The notes under the pieces were generated by a model that was not told the DNA's origin, did not search any database, and saw nothing but the letters and a program-made list of their open reading frames with translations. A stretch of 64,000 nt of DNA from Bacillota bacterium. GTDB taxonomy: Bacteria; Bacillota; Sulfobacillia; Sulfobacillales; JAIMBI01. Location of the stretch: contig JAJZWV010000009.1 of assembly GCA_021846505.1 (NCBI GenBank), positions 11,411-75,410 on the forward strand. Direction: 5' to 3'. The position numbers and the translations under genes were made by a program. Numbering within the stretch: position 1 is the stretch's first letter; each line of letters begins with the position of its first letter. This document shows positions 26,120 to 36,297 of the stretch, piece after piece.

Positions 26120-26717
26120 CCGCGCCCCCCATTCCTTTTCGCGAGTCCAGCCGCCGGAGCGCCTCCCGGAGCCTCACCGCCACAGGCTCTGGCGGCACCC
26201 CCTCGACGGCCCAGGCCGCTTCGGCCCCAGTATAGCCGAGCGCCAGCAGACCATCGACCACCTCATCCGGCGGCGGAGGCGGGCTGGCCGCGCGCGGCAC
26301 CTCGGCGGGCCCCTCCGCCAGCACGCCCCGCAGCTCCACCACCAGCCGCTGGGCCAACTTGGGCCCCACGCCGGACACCCGGGTCAAGCCTTTCCAATCG
26401 CCGCCCGCCACCGCAGCCCGCACGCCGTCGGGCTTAATTTGGCCCAGCACTGCCAGGGACACTTTGAGCCCGACGCCATTGACCCCCAGCAGCGCCAGAA
26501 AAACATCCCGCTCATCCATGGTGAGAAAGCCAGCGAGCTGCCAGCTGTCCTCCCGGATGGCCAGATGGGTGTACAGCTTCACGGGGCGGCCCGGCTCCGG
26601 CAGGCGCGCGCTCGTGGACGCCGGCACCCACACTTCGAGCCCCAGGCCGCCCGCAGTTTCCACCACCACCCGGCTGGCGTCGCGGGCCGCCACTGTGCCG
26701 CGCACGTAGTGAATCAC
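26091..26717 (-). CDS. ruvA: Holliday junction DNA helicase subunit RuvA
   Basis: VIHYVRGTV... N-terminus, and [14 protein letters not shown] helix-hairpin-helix. GTG 26717 overlaps the ruvC stop as GTGA. Confidence 0.9.
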   Translation of the reverse strand: MIHYVRGTVAARDASRVVVETAGGLGLEVWVPASTSARLPEPGRPVKLYTHLAIREDSWQLAGFLTMDERDVFLALLGVNGVGLKVSLAVLGQIKPDGVRAAVAGGDWKGLTRVSGVGPKLAQRLVVELRGVLAEGPAEVPRAASPPPPPDEVVDGLLALGYTGAEAAWAVEGVPPEPVAVRLREALRRLDSRKGMGGADADRRDGGP

Positions 26718-27196
26718 CGCCGGCGCCCGTCCGCGCCCAGCGCGCTCCATGCCACGGCCAGCGCATCGGCGGCGTCATCCGGCTCCGGCACCCGGTCGAG
26801 GTTTAAGAGCCGCGCCACCATCAGCTGCACCTGCCGCTTGTCGGCCCGTCCCCAGCCAGCCACCGCCTGCTTGACCTGCGACGGGGTCACTTCGCACACG
26901 GGCACGCCCGCGCGGGCCAGCGCCAGCAGCGCCACGCCGCGCGCCTGGCTCACCGCCAGCGCGGTGGTGGTGTTTTGGCCGAAAAACAGCTGCTCGACGG
27001 CGGCTCGATCGGGCTTCGTCTCGGCCAACAGCGCCTCCAAGCCTAAAAACACCTGGTGGAGGCGCAGTCCCACGTCCCCCGGCTCCGTGCTGATCACGCC
27101 AAAAGCCACCACGCTCACTTGCCCGCCGCGCCCTTCATCCAGCACGCCATAGCCGAGCCGGGCCGTGCCCGGGTCAATGCCAACAACGCGGCTCAC
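26714..27196 (-). CDS. ruvC: Crossover junction endodeoxyribonuclease RuvC
   Basis: VVGIDPGTARLGYGVL N-terminus and a PEPDDAADALAVA C-terminal motif. Confidence 0.9.
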   Translation of the reverse strand: MSRVVGIDPGTARLGYGVLDEGRGGQVSVVAFGVISTEPGDVGLRLHQVFLGLEALLAETKPDRAAVEQLFFGQNTTTALAVSQARGVALLALARAGVPVCEVTPSQVKQAVAGWGRADKRQVQLMVARLLNLDRVPEPDDAADALAVAWSALGADGRRR

Positions 27197-27936
27197 GCGC
27201 CCCCCGCGTCGTCGGGAAACAGCGCGTTGGTGTACACCCGCTGGACATCATCGTGCTCCTCCAGCAAGTCCATGAGCCTGAGAAGCCGGTCGGCCGCAGG
27301 TCCTTCCACCTCGACGGTCGTCGTGGGAATGCGCACCAAACTGGCCGCGTCAATCGGCACGCCCGCCTCCTCCAGTGCCCGGTGCACCGCGTCCAGCTGG
27401 TCGGCCGCGGTGACAACCTCCCACTCGTCCTCATCGGCCGTGAGATCTTCGCCGCCGGCTTCCAGCACCGCCTCCAGCAGCGATTCCTCGCCGGGCCCGG
27501 ATGCGCGCGGAACCACCAGGCGCCCCTTCTGCTCAAACATCCACAGGACCGAGCCACTTTCCGACAGCGCCCCGCCGTGCCGAGCGAAAAGATGCCGCAC
27601 CTCACCGGCCGTCCGGTTGCGGTTGTCAGTCAAAATTTCCAGAAGCAGCGCCGTGCCGGCGGGTCCGTAGCCCTCATAGATGCCCTCTTCATAGGTGACC
27701 CCTTGCAGCTGCCCCGTGGCCCGCTGAATGGCCCGCTCAATGTTCGCGGTGGGAACGTTTTGCTCCTTGGCTTTTGCCACCGCCAGCCGCAGCTTGAAAT
27801 TGGTGTCGGGGTTGCCGCCGCCCTGCCGGGCTGCCGAGGCAATGTCCTTGGTCAGGCGGGAAAACGTGGCGCCCTTGGCTTCGTCCACCTTGGCCTTCTT
27901 GCGCTTGATGTTGGCCCACTTGGAATGACCTGACAT
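27193..27936 (-). CDS. yebC: YebC/PmpR-family transcriptional regulator
   Basis: MSGHSKWANIKRKKA N-terminus is diagnostic of this family. Confidence 0.9.
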   Translation of the reverse strand: MSGHSKWANIKRKKAKVDEAKGATFSRLTKDIASAARQGGGNPDTNFKLRLAVAKAKEQNVPTANIERAIQRATGQLQGVTYEEGIYEGYGPAGTALLLEILTDNRNRTAGEVRHLFARHGGALSESGSVLWMFEQKGRLVVPRASGPGEESLLEAVLEAGGEDLTADEDEWEVVTAADQLDAVHRALEEAGVPIDAASLVRIPTTTVEVEGPAADRLLRLMDLLEEHDDVQRVYTNALFPDDAGGA

Positions 27937-28070
27937 GGGTGCCTCCTCTCGCTACTTGTCCCTCATCGCATGAAAGGCCCTGGCCAGCCGGCCCGCTGAG
28001 CGCGGTGCCGGGTCCTTCCCCTTCCAGTATAGGCCGACCGGGCTGCTGGCGCCGTCTCTGGTGCTGGCGC

Positions 28071-29825
28071 TCAGCGGTGCGGAAAGTGACCCGTCACCGG
28101 CATGCGCCGGTCGCGCCCAAACGCCCGGCCGGTCACGCGGATGCCTACGGGCGCCTGCCGGCGCTTGTACTCGGACCGATTTACCAGCCGGACCGCCAGC
28201 GCCACCGCGTCGGCATTCATGCCGCGAGCGACCAGCGCCTCGGGCGGCAAGTCCTCTTCCACGTAGGCGGCCAAGATAGGGTCCAGGACCGCGTACGGCG
28301 GCAGGCTGTCGGCATCCTGCTGACCCGGCGACAGCTCGGCCGATGGCGGCTTGTCCAGCACCCGCGGGGGAATCACCACGCGGTCGCGGTTCAAAAGCCG
28401 GGCCAGGGCATACACGTCCTGCTTGTACACGTCCTTCAGCACCCCGAGACCCCCAGCCATATCGCCGTACAGGGTAGCGTATCCGGTGGCCATCTCGCTT
28501 TTGTTGCCCGTCACCAGCACCAGCCACCCAAACTTGTTGGACAAGCCCATCCACAAAAGGCCCCGGAGCCGCGCCTGCAAATTTTCCTCCGCCACATCCC
28601 AGGCTCGCCCCCCGAACGACGGGGCCAGTGCCGCCTGCACCGCCAAAAACGCGTCGGCAATCGGGATCTCTCGATAGTCGATGCCCAGTGCCAGAGCCAA
28701 AGCAGAGGCATCCTCTTGGCTAGCGGACGACGTAATAGTCGCCGACGACGGCAAAAACACCCCGTGAACCGCAGCCGGCCCGAGCGCCCGTGCGGCCAGC
28801 GCCGCCACCACCGAGGAGTCGATCCCACCCGACAGCCCCACCACGACCCCCTGAAACTGGTTTTTGGCGACGTAGTCTCGAATGCCCAGCACCAGCGCCT
28901 CGCACAGCTCGGACACCGGGTCCTGCCAGGTGGCCACCGCCGGGGCCGGCACCGCTGGGTGGACGGGCGGGGCCCCGGGAATCTCCACCAGAGGAATCTC
29001 AGACGACGTCCGCCAGCGGCGATCCAGCCGTCGGCGGTGCCCCACCCGGCTCGGGTCCAGGTCGGCCACCACCAACGCCGTGGCAAAGCTGGCGGCGCGC
29101 GCCATGACAGCCCCATCGGGCCCATACACCCCGGACGTGCCGTCAAACACCAGCTCGTCTTGCCCCCCCACCAGGTTGCAGGAGGCCACATAGGCCTCGG
29201 CGTCCAAGGCCCGCACGCCAAGCATCTGATCCCTCAGGGCGGGGCGCCCCCGCTCAAAGGGGGACGCCGACAAGTTCACCAACAGCTCCGCCCCCGCCCG
29301 CGCTTCAGCCAGCCAGGGCCCGTCGGGCAGCCAGATATCCTCGCAGACGGTGACGCCCACGCGCCAGCCGTGCCACTGCAGCAGCAGCGGCGCACGGCCG
29401 GGTGAAAAATAGCGCTGCTCGTCAAAGACCCCGTAGTTGGGCAGGTGCTGCTTAGCATAGAAGGCGGCCACGCGGCCCGCCGCCAGCGCGGCGGCCGCAT
29501 TGTGAAGCCCCGCCGCGCCTTGGCGCGGCAGCCCCACCAGCACCAGCGGAATGCCTTGGCACACGGCCGCCAGGCGCAAGAGCTCCCGCTCGCACGCCTC
29601 CACGAAGTCTGCTCGCAGCAGCAAGTCTTCCGGCGGATATCCCGAGAGGGTCAGCTCTGGAAACACCAGCAGGTCCACACCGCGCTGCGCTGCTTCCTGG
29701 ACCGTGGCCGCCACCTGCTCCGCGTTGGCTCCAGGGTCCCCCACGATCGTGTCAATTTGCCCGAGCCCAATCCGGAGCGGCTGGGTGGGGCCCGCAGCTT
29801 CAAGAAACCCTGACGGCGGCTCCAT
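28071..29825 (-). CDS. nadE: Glutamine-dependent NAD+ synthetase (CN-hydrolase domain plus NAD synthase domain)
   Basis: N-terminal nitrilase-like domain, and a C-terminal SGGIDSS PP-loop motif. Confidence 0.9.
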   Translation of the reverse strand: MEPPSGFLEAAGPTQPLRIGLGQIDTIVGDPGANAEQVAATVQEAAQRGVDLLVFPELTLSGYPPEDLLLRADFVEACERELLRLAAVCQGIPLVLVGLPRQGAAGLHNAAAALAAGRVAAFYAKQHLPNYGVFDEQRYFSPGRAPLLLQWHGWRVGVTVCEDIWLPDGPWLAEARAGAELLVNLSASPFERGRPALRDQMLGVRALDAEAYVASCNLVGGQDELVFDGTSGVYGPDGAVMARAASFATALVVADLDPSRVGHRRRLDRRWRTSSEIPLVEIPGAPPVHPAVPAPAVATWQDPVSELCEALVLGIRDYVAKNQFQGVVVGLSGGIDSSVVAALAARALGPAAVHGVFLPSSATITSSASQEDASALALALGIDYREIPIADAFLAVQAALAPSFGGRAWDVAEENLQARLRGLLWMGLSNKFGWLVLVTGNKSEMATGYATLYGDMAGGLGVLKDVYKQDVYALARLLNRDRVVIPPRVLDKPPSAELSPGQQDADSLPPYAVLDPILAAYVEEDLPPEALVARGMNADAVALAVRLVNRSEYKRRQAPVGIRVTGRAFGRDRRMPVTGHFPHR

Positions 29826-29879
29826 GCTGCCTCCCCCTTCACCTGCTTCCCACGCGGCCGCGCCCCCCGGGGCGCGCAG

Positions 29880-30632
29880 TCACTGCCCGCTGGCCACCTC
29901 ACCGGTCACCAAGGCGCGGATCAGGTCGCGGCTGTCCCGGGTAAATAAATCCACGGTCGTGCTGACAAACTGGACCGCCTGCCGATGGCGCGGCGCTCCC
30001 TCGCCGCCAATGCCGCGCACGCGCGGGTAAAAGGCCAAAAGCGGCGCTACTTCGGGCACCACGTCGACGGCGGACTTGAAGCAGTGCGCGGCCTCACTGC
30101 TATGCCCCAGCAGCAGCCGCGTCAGCCCGTAAAGATACCAGGCATGCGGGCGCCGGAGCCGTGCCTTCTCATAGCATTCGTCCGCTCTCTCGATGTCCCC
30201 CAGCCGCTGACGGCACTGCCCCAGCAGCAAATATGCTTCGCCATCCACACCGGTCGCGTCCCAGGCAAACATGGCTTCCAGCGGCTCAGTGGCCGCCGCA
30301 TAGGCACCCCGCCGAATCCGCGTCATCGCCAAAAGGTGCAGCGCCCGCAGATAGGGGCGCACGTGGGGGTCGTGCCAGCCCGTGCGGCGCTTGCCCCGGG
30401 GGAGCCGGGGCTCCGCAATCGCCAGCGCCATCTGAAACAGCTCGGCGGCCTCGTCCAGCTCATCCCAAGCCATGTAAACCTGCCCCAGGCCATTCAGCGC
30501 TTCCACCCGCTCCGGATCCATCTCCAAGGACCGCCGAAAGTGGCCCTCCGCGCGCTCCAGCTGCCCCTGCTCCAGACGCTTCCACCCCAGCATCTCTTCA
30601 TCCCGTGCCGCCAACCTGCCGTCACCTCGCAA
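29880..30632 (-). CDS. TPR-repeat protein
   Basis: Repeated A/L/Y-rich 34-residue-like helical units (for example AEGHFRRSLEMDPERVEALNGLGQVY). Function unknown. Confidence 0.5.
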   Translation of the reverse strand: MRGDGRLAARDEEMLGWKRLEQGQLERAEGHFRRSLEMDPERVEALNGLGQVYMAWDELDEAAELFQMALAIAEPRLPRGKRRTGWHDPHVRPYLRALHLLAMTRIRRGAYAAATEPLEAMFAWDATGVDGEAYLLLGQCRQRLGDIERADECYEKARLRRPHAWYLYGLTRLLLGHSSEAAHCFKSAVDVVPEVAPLLAFYPRVRGIGGEGAPRHRQAVQFVSTTVDLFTRDSRDLIRALVTGEVASGQ

Positions 30633-31889
30633 TTACTGATACCGAAAAAATCGCCGCCGGCCGATGCGAACCCAGCTGCCCGGTCCCACCTGAACGCGGT
30701 CCTCCACGCCCAGGCGTCGGCCATCCGCCGTGACGCCGCCCTGCTGCAGCAGGCGGCGCGCCTCGGCCCGCGACCCGACCCCCGGCAGCGCCGCCACCAA
30801 ATCCACCGCCGGGGTCCCAGGCGGCTCTCGCCCGCCGGCGGGGATCGGCACCACCGGCGCGTCGTCCGGCACCCCTCCCTGCCGAAAGGTGTGAGTGAAA
30901 GCGGCCGCCGCCTGCGGCCCGGCGGCCGCTCCATGAAAGCGCGCCACGATGCCCTCGGCCAGCGCTGCTTTGATGTCGCGGGGATGCTCTCCGGCCGCCC
31001 GCCGCGCCTCCACGCTGCCCGCCGGCCAGCCCAGCACCCGCTCGCCCCATGACGGCACCATCTCATCCGGAACCGACATGGTTTTGCCGTACATCTCCGG
31101 GGGCGCCTCTGCGATGCCGATGTAGTTGCCGAGGCTCTTGCTCATCTTCCGCACCCCGTCCAACCCCACCAGCATGGGCATCAACAGCGCAACTTCCGGC
31201 AGCTGGCCGGAGGCTTCCTGCAGTTGGCGGGCAGTCATGAGGTTAAATTTTTGGTCGGTCCCGCCCAGCTCAACGTCGGCCTGAATGGCCACCGAGTCAT
31301 ACGCCTGCATAATGGGATAAAGCAGTTCGTGCAGGTGCAGCGGCTGGTGGGCGGCCATGCGTGTGTGAAAGTCCTCTCGCTCCAGCAGGCGGGCCAGCGT
31401 CATGCGGGACATCAAGCTCATGAGGTCCGCCAAGCCCAAGGGGGCCAGCCACTCGTGGTTGCGGCGCAGCTCCAGCCCCTCCGGCTTCAGAATTTTCGTC
31501 GCCTGGTCGAGATAGGTTTGGCCAAACGCGTCGATGGCGGCGGCCGACAAAGCCGGGCGCGTCTGACTGCGCCCGCTCGGGTCCCCGATGCGGGCCGTAA
31601 AGTCTCCAATAATCAGCACCACACGATGGCCAAAATCCTGAAATTGCCGGAGCTTGTCCAGCACCAGCACATGCCCCAGGTGAATGTCGGGCGCCGTCGG
31701 GTCCAAACCCAGCTTGACTGTCAGCGGGCGGCCGGTGCTGAGGGCGCCCGCAAGGCGGGCCATCAGGTCCTCGCGCTGCAGCACTTCGACAGCGCCGTCC
31801 GCCAGCAGATCCACCTGGCGGGCGGCTTCCTGCCGCACACCAGGCGGGAGCGACTCAAGTGCGGGCACTATGGCGGGCACGTCGTTCAC
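30633..31889 (-). CDS. tyrS: Tyrosine-tRNA ligase
   Basis: HIGH-type motif DIHLGH, KMSKS present, and a C-terminal S4-like region. GTG 31889 is preceded by GGGGGTAGGGA. ATG 31955 is an alternative with no SD. A possible extended -10 (TGCTATGAT) is at 32012-32020. Confidence 0.9.
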   Translation of the reverse strand: MNDVPAIVPALESLPPGVRQEAARQVDLLADGAVEVLQREDLMARLAGALSTGRPLTVKLGLDPTAPDIHLGHVLVLDKLRQFQDFGHRVVLIIGDFTARIGDPSGRSQTRPALSAAAIDAFGQTYLDQATKILKPEGLELRRNHEWLAPLGLADLMSLMSRMTLARLLEREDFHTRMAAHQPLHLHELLYPIMQAYDSVAIQADVELGGTDQKFNLMTARQLQEASGQLPEVALLMPMLVGLDGVRKMSKSLGNYIGIAEAPPEMYGKTMSVPDEMVPSWGERVLGWPAGSVEARRAAGEHPRDIKAALAEGIVARFHGAAAGPQAAAAFTHTFRQGGVPDDAPVVPIPAGGREPPGTPAVDLVAALPGVGSRAEARRLLQQGGVTADGRRLGVEDRVQVGPGSWVRIGRRRFFRYQ

Positions 31890-32067
31890 GGGCGATTCCC
31901 TACCCCCTGGAGCAGCCCGGCTCTCCACCAGCCTCTGCCCCCTAAGCAATTTCATATCGGCAGCGGATCAAATCCGGGCCATCGAATCATCCACCTGAAG
32001 CAATTGCCGCCATCATAGCATAGGCCGCTGCGAGCGGGATGCCGCACTCGGCTCGACGGGTTGGAAC

Positions 32068-32541
32068 TCATTCCGCCGGCGTCCGCCTTCGACGCACCGC
32101 CTCATCCAATCGAGCGCGGATGTCTTCCGGCAGCGGGCGAGCCCGCCGGCGCTCCAAGTCCAGGCAGACGGCGGTCAGCTGGCTAGTGGCCACCACTTGG
32201 CTGCTCTCTCCAGAGCCCCGGCGAAACAGATCATGCCGATACGTGACGGTTTTCGGCGATGTGGCCAGCACGTGGGTCCAGGCTTCCAAGCTGGCACCGG
32301 GGAAAAGCTCCGACAAAAAGCGATTCTCCTGCACGAGGGCGGCCATCCCCACCTGCTCCGCCGCGATGCGCGCCGCGTCCAAGCCCATCCAGGCAAAGAA
32401 GCCCCACGATGCTTGGTCAAACAGCCCCGCGTAAAATTGGATGTTGACATGGCCCATGTGATCCAGCTGAAAAGGATACACCGTGCCCACAAACGTGGGC
32501 CCCACCCGACCCACTTCGTCAAATCCCGCGCCGATCGCCAT
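32068..32541 (-). CDS. Acyl-CoA thioesterase (4HBT/hotdog fold)
   Basis: 157 aa; V.P..LD.MGHVN.. is typical of YbgC/4HBT-type thioesterases. Confidence 0.65.
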   Translation of the reverse strand: MAIGAGFDEVGRVGPTFVGTVYPFQLDHMGHVNIQFYAGLFDQASWGFFAWMGLDAARIAAEQVGMAALVQENRFLSELFPGASLEAWTHVLATSPKTVTYRHDLFRRGSGESSQVVATSQLTAVCLDLERRRARPLPEDIRARLDEAVRRRRTPAE

Positions 32542-32564
32542 CGACTGCCCATCCCCCTGCTGGT

Positions 32565-34892
32565 TCAGTCCCGAAGCTGCACCACCGTCACACCATCCCC
32601 GCCCTCGCCCGCCTGGCCCAGCCGAAATCCGGCCACATGCGGATGGCCCACCAAATGCTCCTGCACGGCGCGCCGGAGCGAGCCAGTACCCTTGCCGTGG
32701 ATGAGCCGCGCGAACGGCAGGCCTGCCATCGCTGCGCGGTCCAGATACATCTCCACTTCATCGACCGCCTCCAGCACCGTCATCCCCCTGAGGTCGCACT
32801 CCAGCCCCACGCCGCCGGCGCTCGGCGTGCTGACTCCGCCACAGGAGCCGCCCCGCCGAGGATCCGGGCGTGCGGGTGCCGGCTGCAAGCTGCCAATGGG
32901 CAGCACGATGCGCCGCCCCCCGGACTCCACGGTCGCCTGTTCGCGGTCCATCGACAAAATGCGGCCCGGCTCCACCATCGGCGGCGCCACCACCCACTGG
33001 CCCACCGCCCAGGATCCGGGGGCCGCGGGGCCGCTGCCCGCCGCCCCCGCAAGGTCCGCGGCGACCGCTCCCCAGCTGCGCACTTCCTCGCGAAGTGTGG
33101 TCAGCGCCCGCTCGCGCTCGGCGCGCGTCTCGGCGTTCGCCGCCGCGATAGCGGCTTGCGCTCGCCCTTCTAACTCGGCCAGTCGGCGGCGCACCTCCTG
33201 GCGCAGGTGATCGCGGTCTTGGGCTTGCTCGGTGCGGAGCCGATCCTCGGCAGCCGCCAGGGCCGCTTCGCGCGCCGCCAAGTTGCGCTCAGCGGCCACC
33301 ACCCGGTCACGGGCGTCGGCCAGCTCCCGCTCCACGCGCTCCAGCTCGCCGATCGCGTGGTCCACTCGCACACCATCCTGGCCCAAGTATGCTTCCGCCC
33401 GATCCAGCAGTGCGGGCGCCAAGCCCAGACGGCGGGCAATGTAAAGCGCCTGGGAGGATCCCGGTTGCCCCATGACCAGCCGATAGGTTGGGGCCAATTG
33501 CTCGCGGTCGAAATCCATGCGCGCATTTTCCACCCGCCGATCCCGGTAAGCCAACAGCTTCACCCGCGCATAGTGGGTCGTCACCACCGCCGTGGCGCCG
33601 GACGCGAGCAAGTGGTCCACCAGCGCCAGCGCGAGCGCCGCCCCTTCCTCGGGATCCGTGCCCGCCCCGATTTCGTCCAGCAGGACCAGCACCCCGGGCG
33701 CGGCGCCGTCCACAATCGGGACCAGCTGGCGCACGTGGCCCGAGAACGTCGACAGGTTTTGCTCCAAGCTTTGCTCGTCACCAATGTCGGCAAACGTTTC
33801 CTGGAAGATCGGCACCGTGCTTTGGGGGTGCGCGGTAATGGGCCACCCCGACAGCGCCAGCGCCACCAGCAGGCCCGTCGTCTTGAGCGCCACCGTCTTG
33901 CCGCCCGTATTGGGCCCCGTAATCACCAGAGCGCGCCGCTCCCCGCCCACCGCCAGCGTGAGCGGCACGGGTTCGTCCAAAAGGGGGTGCCGCGCCTCGA
34001 CCAGCGACAGCGCTTCGCCGCCCAGCGTGGGCAAGGCGGCGCCGACGCGGTGCGCCCAGCGCACTTTGGCCAGCATGACGTCAGCCGCCAAGAGGCACCG
34101 GTTCATCGCGGTCAGCGCGCTTTGATGCGCCGCCACTTCCGCCGTCAGCTGGCGGAGAATGCGCTCCACTTCTTCCGCCTCGGCCGCCGCGAGCTCGGCA
34201 ATGCGATTCTGGCGCTCCACCACCGGGGCCGGCTCGACAAAGACCGTTTGGCCACTGCCCGACTGGTCATGCACCAAGCCCCCCACCTGATGGCTGAATG
34301 ACCGCTTCACGGGCACCACCCGGCGCCCGCGCCGCACGGTCACCAGCGGCTCCTGAAGATAGTCGGCCCAGGCCGGGGATCGCAACAGCCGCTCCAGCAC
34401 CTCCTGAATTTCCGACTCCAGGCGGCCCATGTCCTGGCGGATGCGCTGCAAAGCCGCGCTGGCGCTGTCCTTCACCGCCCCGGACTCCAGGATGGCCGCG
34501 GCAATATGCGCGCGGACGCTCGCCGGAACCTCGAAGTGCCCGAGGTGCCGCGCGAGCTCGCCTCCCTCCAGGCCGGCCAGCGCCGCCTTTAGTGCTTGGC
34601 CCCGCTCCACCGTGACCATGACCGCCCACAGGCTGGCGGGCACCAGCACGCCGCCCTTGGCGGCCCGGTCCACCAGCGGCGCCAAATCCACCGCGCCCAC
34701 CAGCGACAGCTCCGTGAACGGCGCGTGCGCACTCGCGCCGGCAAACAGCCGGTGCTGTTCCTCCAGCCAATCCGGGTGGGGATCGGGCATCAGGCCGGCC
34801 ACCAGCGCCTTGCCCGCCAAGGTGTCGGCATGCTGCGCCAGGCGCGAGGTGAGGCGCCCCCACTCCAGGCGGTCCAGCCCGTGGGTGTTCAC
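32565..34892 (-). CDS. mutS2: Endonuclease MutS2 (MutS domain V ATPase plus C-terminal Smr domain)
   Basis: Walker A ITGPNTGGKT, DEIGAGTDPEEGAAL, and a C-terminal Smr segment (LDLRGMTVLEAV...HGKGTG.LR). GTG 34892 overlaps the upstream ORF stop as GTGA. Confidence 0.9.
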   Translation of the reverse strand: MNTHGLDRLEWGRLTSRLAQHADTLAGKALVAGLMPDPHPDWLEEQHRLFAGASAHAPFTELSLVGAVDLAPLVDRAAKGGVLVPASLWAVMVTVERGQALKAALAGLEGGELARHLGHFEVPASVRAHIAAAILESGAVKDSASAALQRIRQDMGRLESEIQEVLERLLRSPAWADYLQEPLVTVRRGRRVVPVKRSFSHQVGGLVHDQSGSGQTVFVEPAPVVERQNRIAELAAAEAEEVERILRQLTAEVAAHQSALTAMNRCLLAADVMLAKVRWAHRVGAALPTLGGEALSLVEARHPLLDEPVPLTLAVGGERRALVITGPNTGGKTVALKTTGLLVALALSGWPITAHPQSTVPIFQETFADIGDEQSLEQNLSTFSGHVRQLVPIVDGAAPGVLVLLDEIGAGTDPEEGAALALALVDHLLASGATAVVTTHYARVKLLAYRDRRVENARMDFDREQLAPTYRLVMGQPGSSQALYIARRLGLAPALLDRAEAYLGQDGVRVDHAIGELERVERELADARDRVVAAERNLAAREAALAAAEDRLRTEQAQDRDHLRQEVRRRLAELEGRAQAAIAAANAETRAERERALTTLREEVRSWGAVAADLAGAAGSGPAAPGSWAVGQWVVAPPMVEPGRILSMDREQATVESGGRRIVLPIGSLQPAPARPDPRRGGSCGGVSTPSAGGVGLECDLRGMTVLEAVDEVEMYLDRAAMAGLPFARLIHGKGTGSLRRAVQEHLVGHPHVAGFRLGQAGEGGDGVTVVQLRD

Positions 34893-35779
34893 GCTGTGGC
34901 CTCCCACCACGCCGGCAGCACCTCTGCCACCGAGGACGGCAGCGGCCACCGCCGGCTGCTCCACACGGGCAGGTTGTCCGGCCACCGGGCAGCCCCAGCC
35001 CCAGGCAGCACCAGCGCGGCCCACGGTACGCCTCGCGCCGCCAGCATGCCCAGCACCTCCCTTAATGCCCGGCCGTCCGTCTGCGGATCCAGCTCCCACC
35101 ACACCCGCTGGCCCGCCGCCGACCAGGCTTCCAGCCGATCCGCCACCCTGGCGGGTGGGTCCAGCGCAATCTCGCCGTGGCCCCGCCGGATCAAGAGCGC
35201 CCCGGTCACGTCGCCGGCGACGGCTTCGCCGCGCCGCAGGTGGCCCAGCGTGCGCACGGTCACCCCGGACGCCTCTGCGGCCACCATCGGCACGGAGGGG
35301 GCGCCCCGAAAGTCATCCGGCCGGTGCGCATTGGCCCACACATCCCGTGGGCCATCCCACAGGGCGTGCGCACGCACAAACTCCGCCAGCTCATCACTGG
35401 GGCGGCCCCGCTGGTGCTCGCCGCCGGTCGCCGGCAAGGGATTCTTCCCCGTCAGCAGGGCCGCCCGCACGGTCGTGCCCCGCGGCGGCGAGGGCGCCCC
35501 AAGGCGCGCGTCCACCACGCCCAGCCGCGTGCCGCCCGCGAACTGCTCTTCGCCTCCACTGGACAGCACCCACACCGAACCCGCCATGATTGGCTGCCTC
35601 CTCGCCCGCACCCGAGCGAAGCCGCTCATCGGGTTGATCATGGAATCGCGCACCGCGGCCGCCGCTCTGGGGCCCGCTCTTTCGCTTATGATAACCAATG
35701 CCGCGCGCCGCCCGCCAGCCCCGGTCTCCGGCAGGGCGGAAGCGGATACCGTGCCCGCCAGCCTCGATAAGCGTGTCAT
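34889..35779 (-). CDS. Hypothetical protein, translationally coupled to mutS2
   Basis: 296-aa ORF with a GTGA overlap onto the mutS2 start. The C-terminal DGRALREVLGMLAARGVPWAALVLPGAGA faintly resembles the G.TL.EL..LL..LG...A.NLDGGGS end of phosphodiester glycosidase (DUF2233) proteins, but the DGGGS is not conserved. Confidence 0.4.
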   Translation of the reverse strand: MTRLSRLAGTVSASALPETGAGGRRAALVIISERAGPRAAAAVRDSMINPMSGFARVRARRQPIMAGSVWVLSSGGEEQFAGGTRLGVVDARLGAPSPPRGTTVRAALLTGKNPLPATGGEHQRGRPSDELAEFVRAHALWDGPRDVWANAHRPDDFRGAPSVPMVAAEASGVTVRTLGHLRRGEAVAGDVTGALLIRRGHGEIALDPPARVADRLEAWSAAGQRVWWELDPQTDGRALREVLGMLAARGVPWAALVLPGAGAARWPDNLPVWSSRRWPLPSSVAEVLPAWWEATA

Positions 35780-35788
35780 CTTCGCCGT

Positions 35789-36271
35789 TCAGTCCAGGGT
35801 CATTCCATACGTCACCGTGTGCCATATATCACGAAAACCCATCCCTTCATACAGCCGACGCGCCGCGTCATGATTCGCGTCGAGCCCGGTAAATACCTTG
35901 ATCGCACGCATCCCCTCAGACTGCAAGGCGGCGATGGCGTGCTGCATGAGCCTCCGCGCAATGCCCGCGCCCTGATAATCCGGATGCACTGCTAGATTCT
36001 CGACTGCTCCGACCATGTCTTCGCGATTTGGAGCCCACATCACGAAGCCCGCGAGGCGTCCATCTGCGGCCACCCGGCATCGCTCGGGAGACTCTTCCAC
36101 GAACCGGGACAAGCCGCGGCGCTTCTTGGAGGCCCAATCTTGTGCCGGCGCGAAGCCCATCGCCCGATCCCAAGCGGACGTCCCGTCAACCGGCCAAAAC
36201 GCCGCCAGCGCACAGTCCACGATCCCGTCGGCATCGCTGGACCTGGCTGGCCGATACACTATTTCCCCCAT
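35789..36271 (-). CDS. GNAT-family N-acetyltransferase
   Basis: NLAVHPDYQGAGIARRLM acetyl-CoA binding motif. ATG 36271 is preceded by GAGGGAGAGGA. Confidence 0.8.
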   Translation of the reverse strand: MGEIVYRPARSSDADGIVDCALAAFWPVDGTSAWDRAMGFAPAQDWASKKRRGLSRFVEESPERCRVAADGRLAGFVMWAPNREDMVGAVENLAVHPDYQGAGIARRLMQHAIAALQSEGMRAIKVFTGLDANHDAARRLYEGMGFRDIWHTVTYGMTLD

Positions 36272-36297
36272 CGCCGATCCTCTCCCTCTATCCCCAC

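Noticed and set aside
27937-28070. 9-bp inverted repeat GCTGAGCGC...GCGCTCAGC spanning about 65 nt between nadE and yebC, enclosing a TATACT hexamer
   Set aside because: It could be a terminator or long-range stem, or coincidental GC-rich complementarity. There is no U-tract and no supporting motif.
31890-32067. Possible T-box leader upstream of tyrS
   Set aside because: No GGUGGNACCGCG-type T-box sequence or terminator is present in the roughly 180 nt between the thioesterase stop and the tyrS start. The space is also too short for a full T-box.
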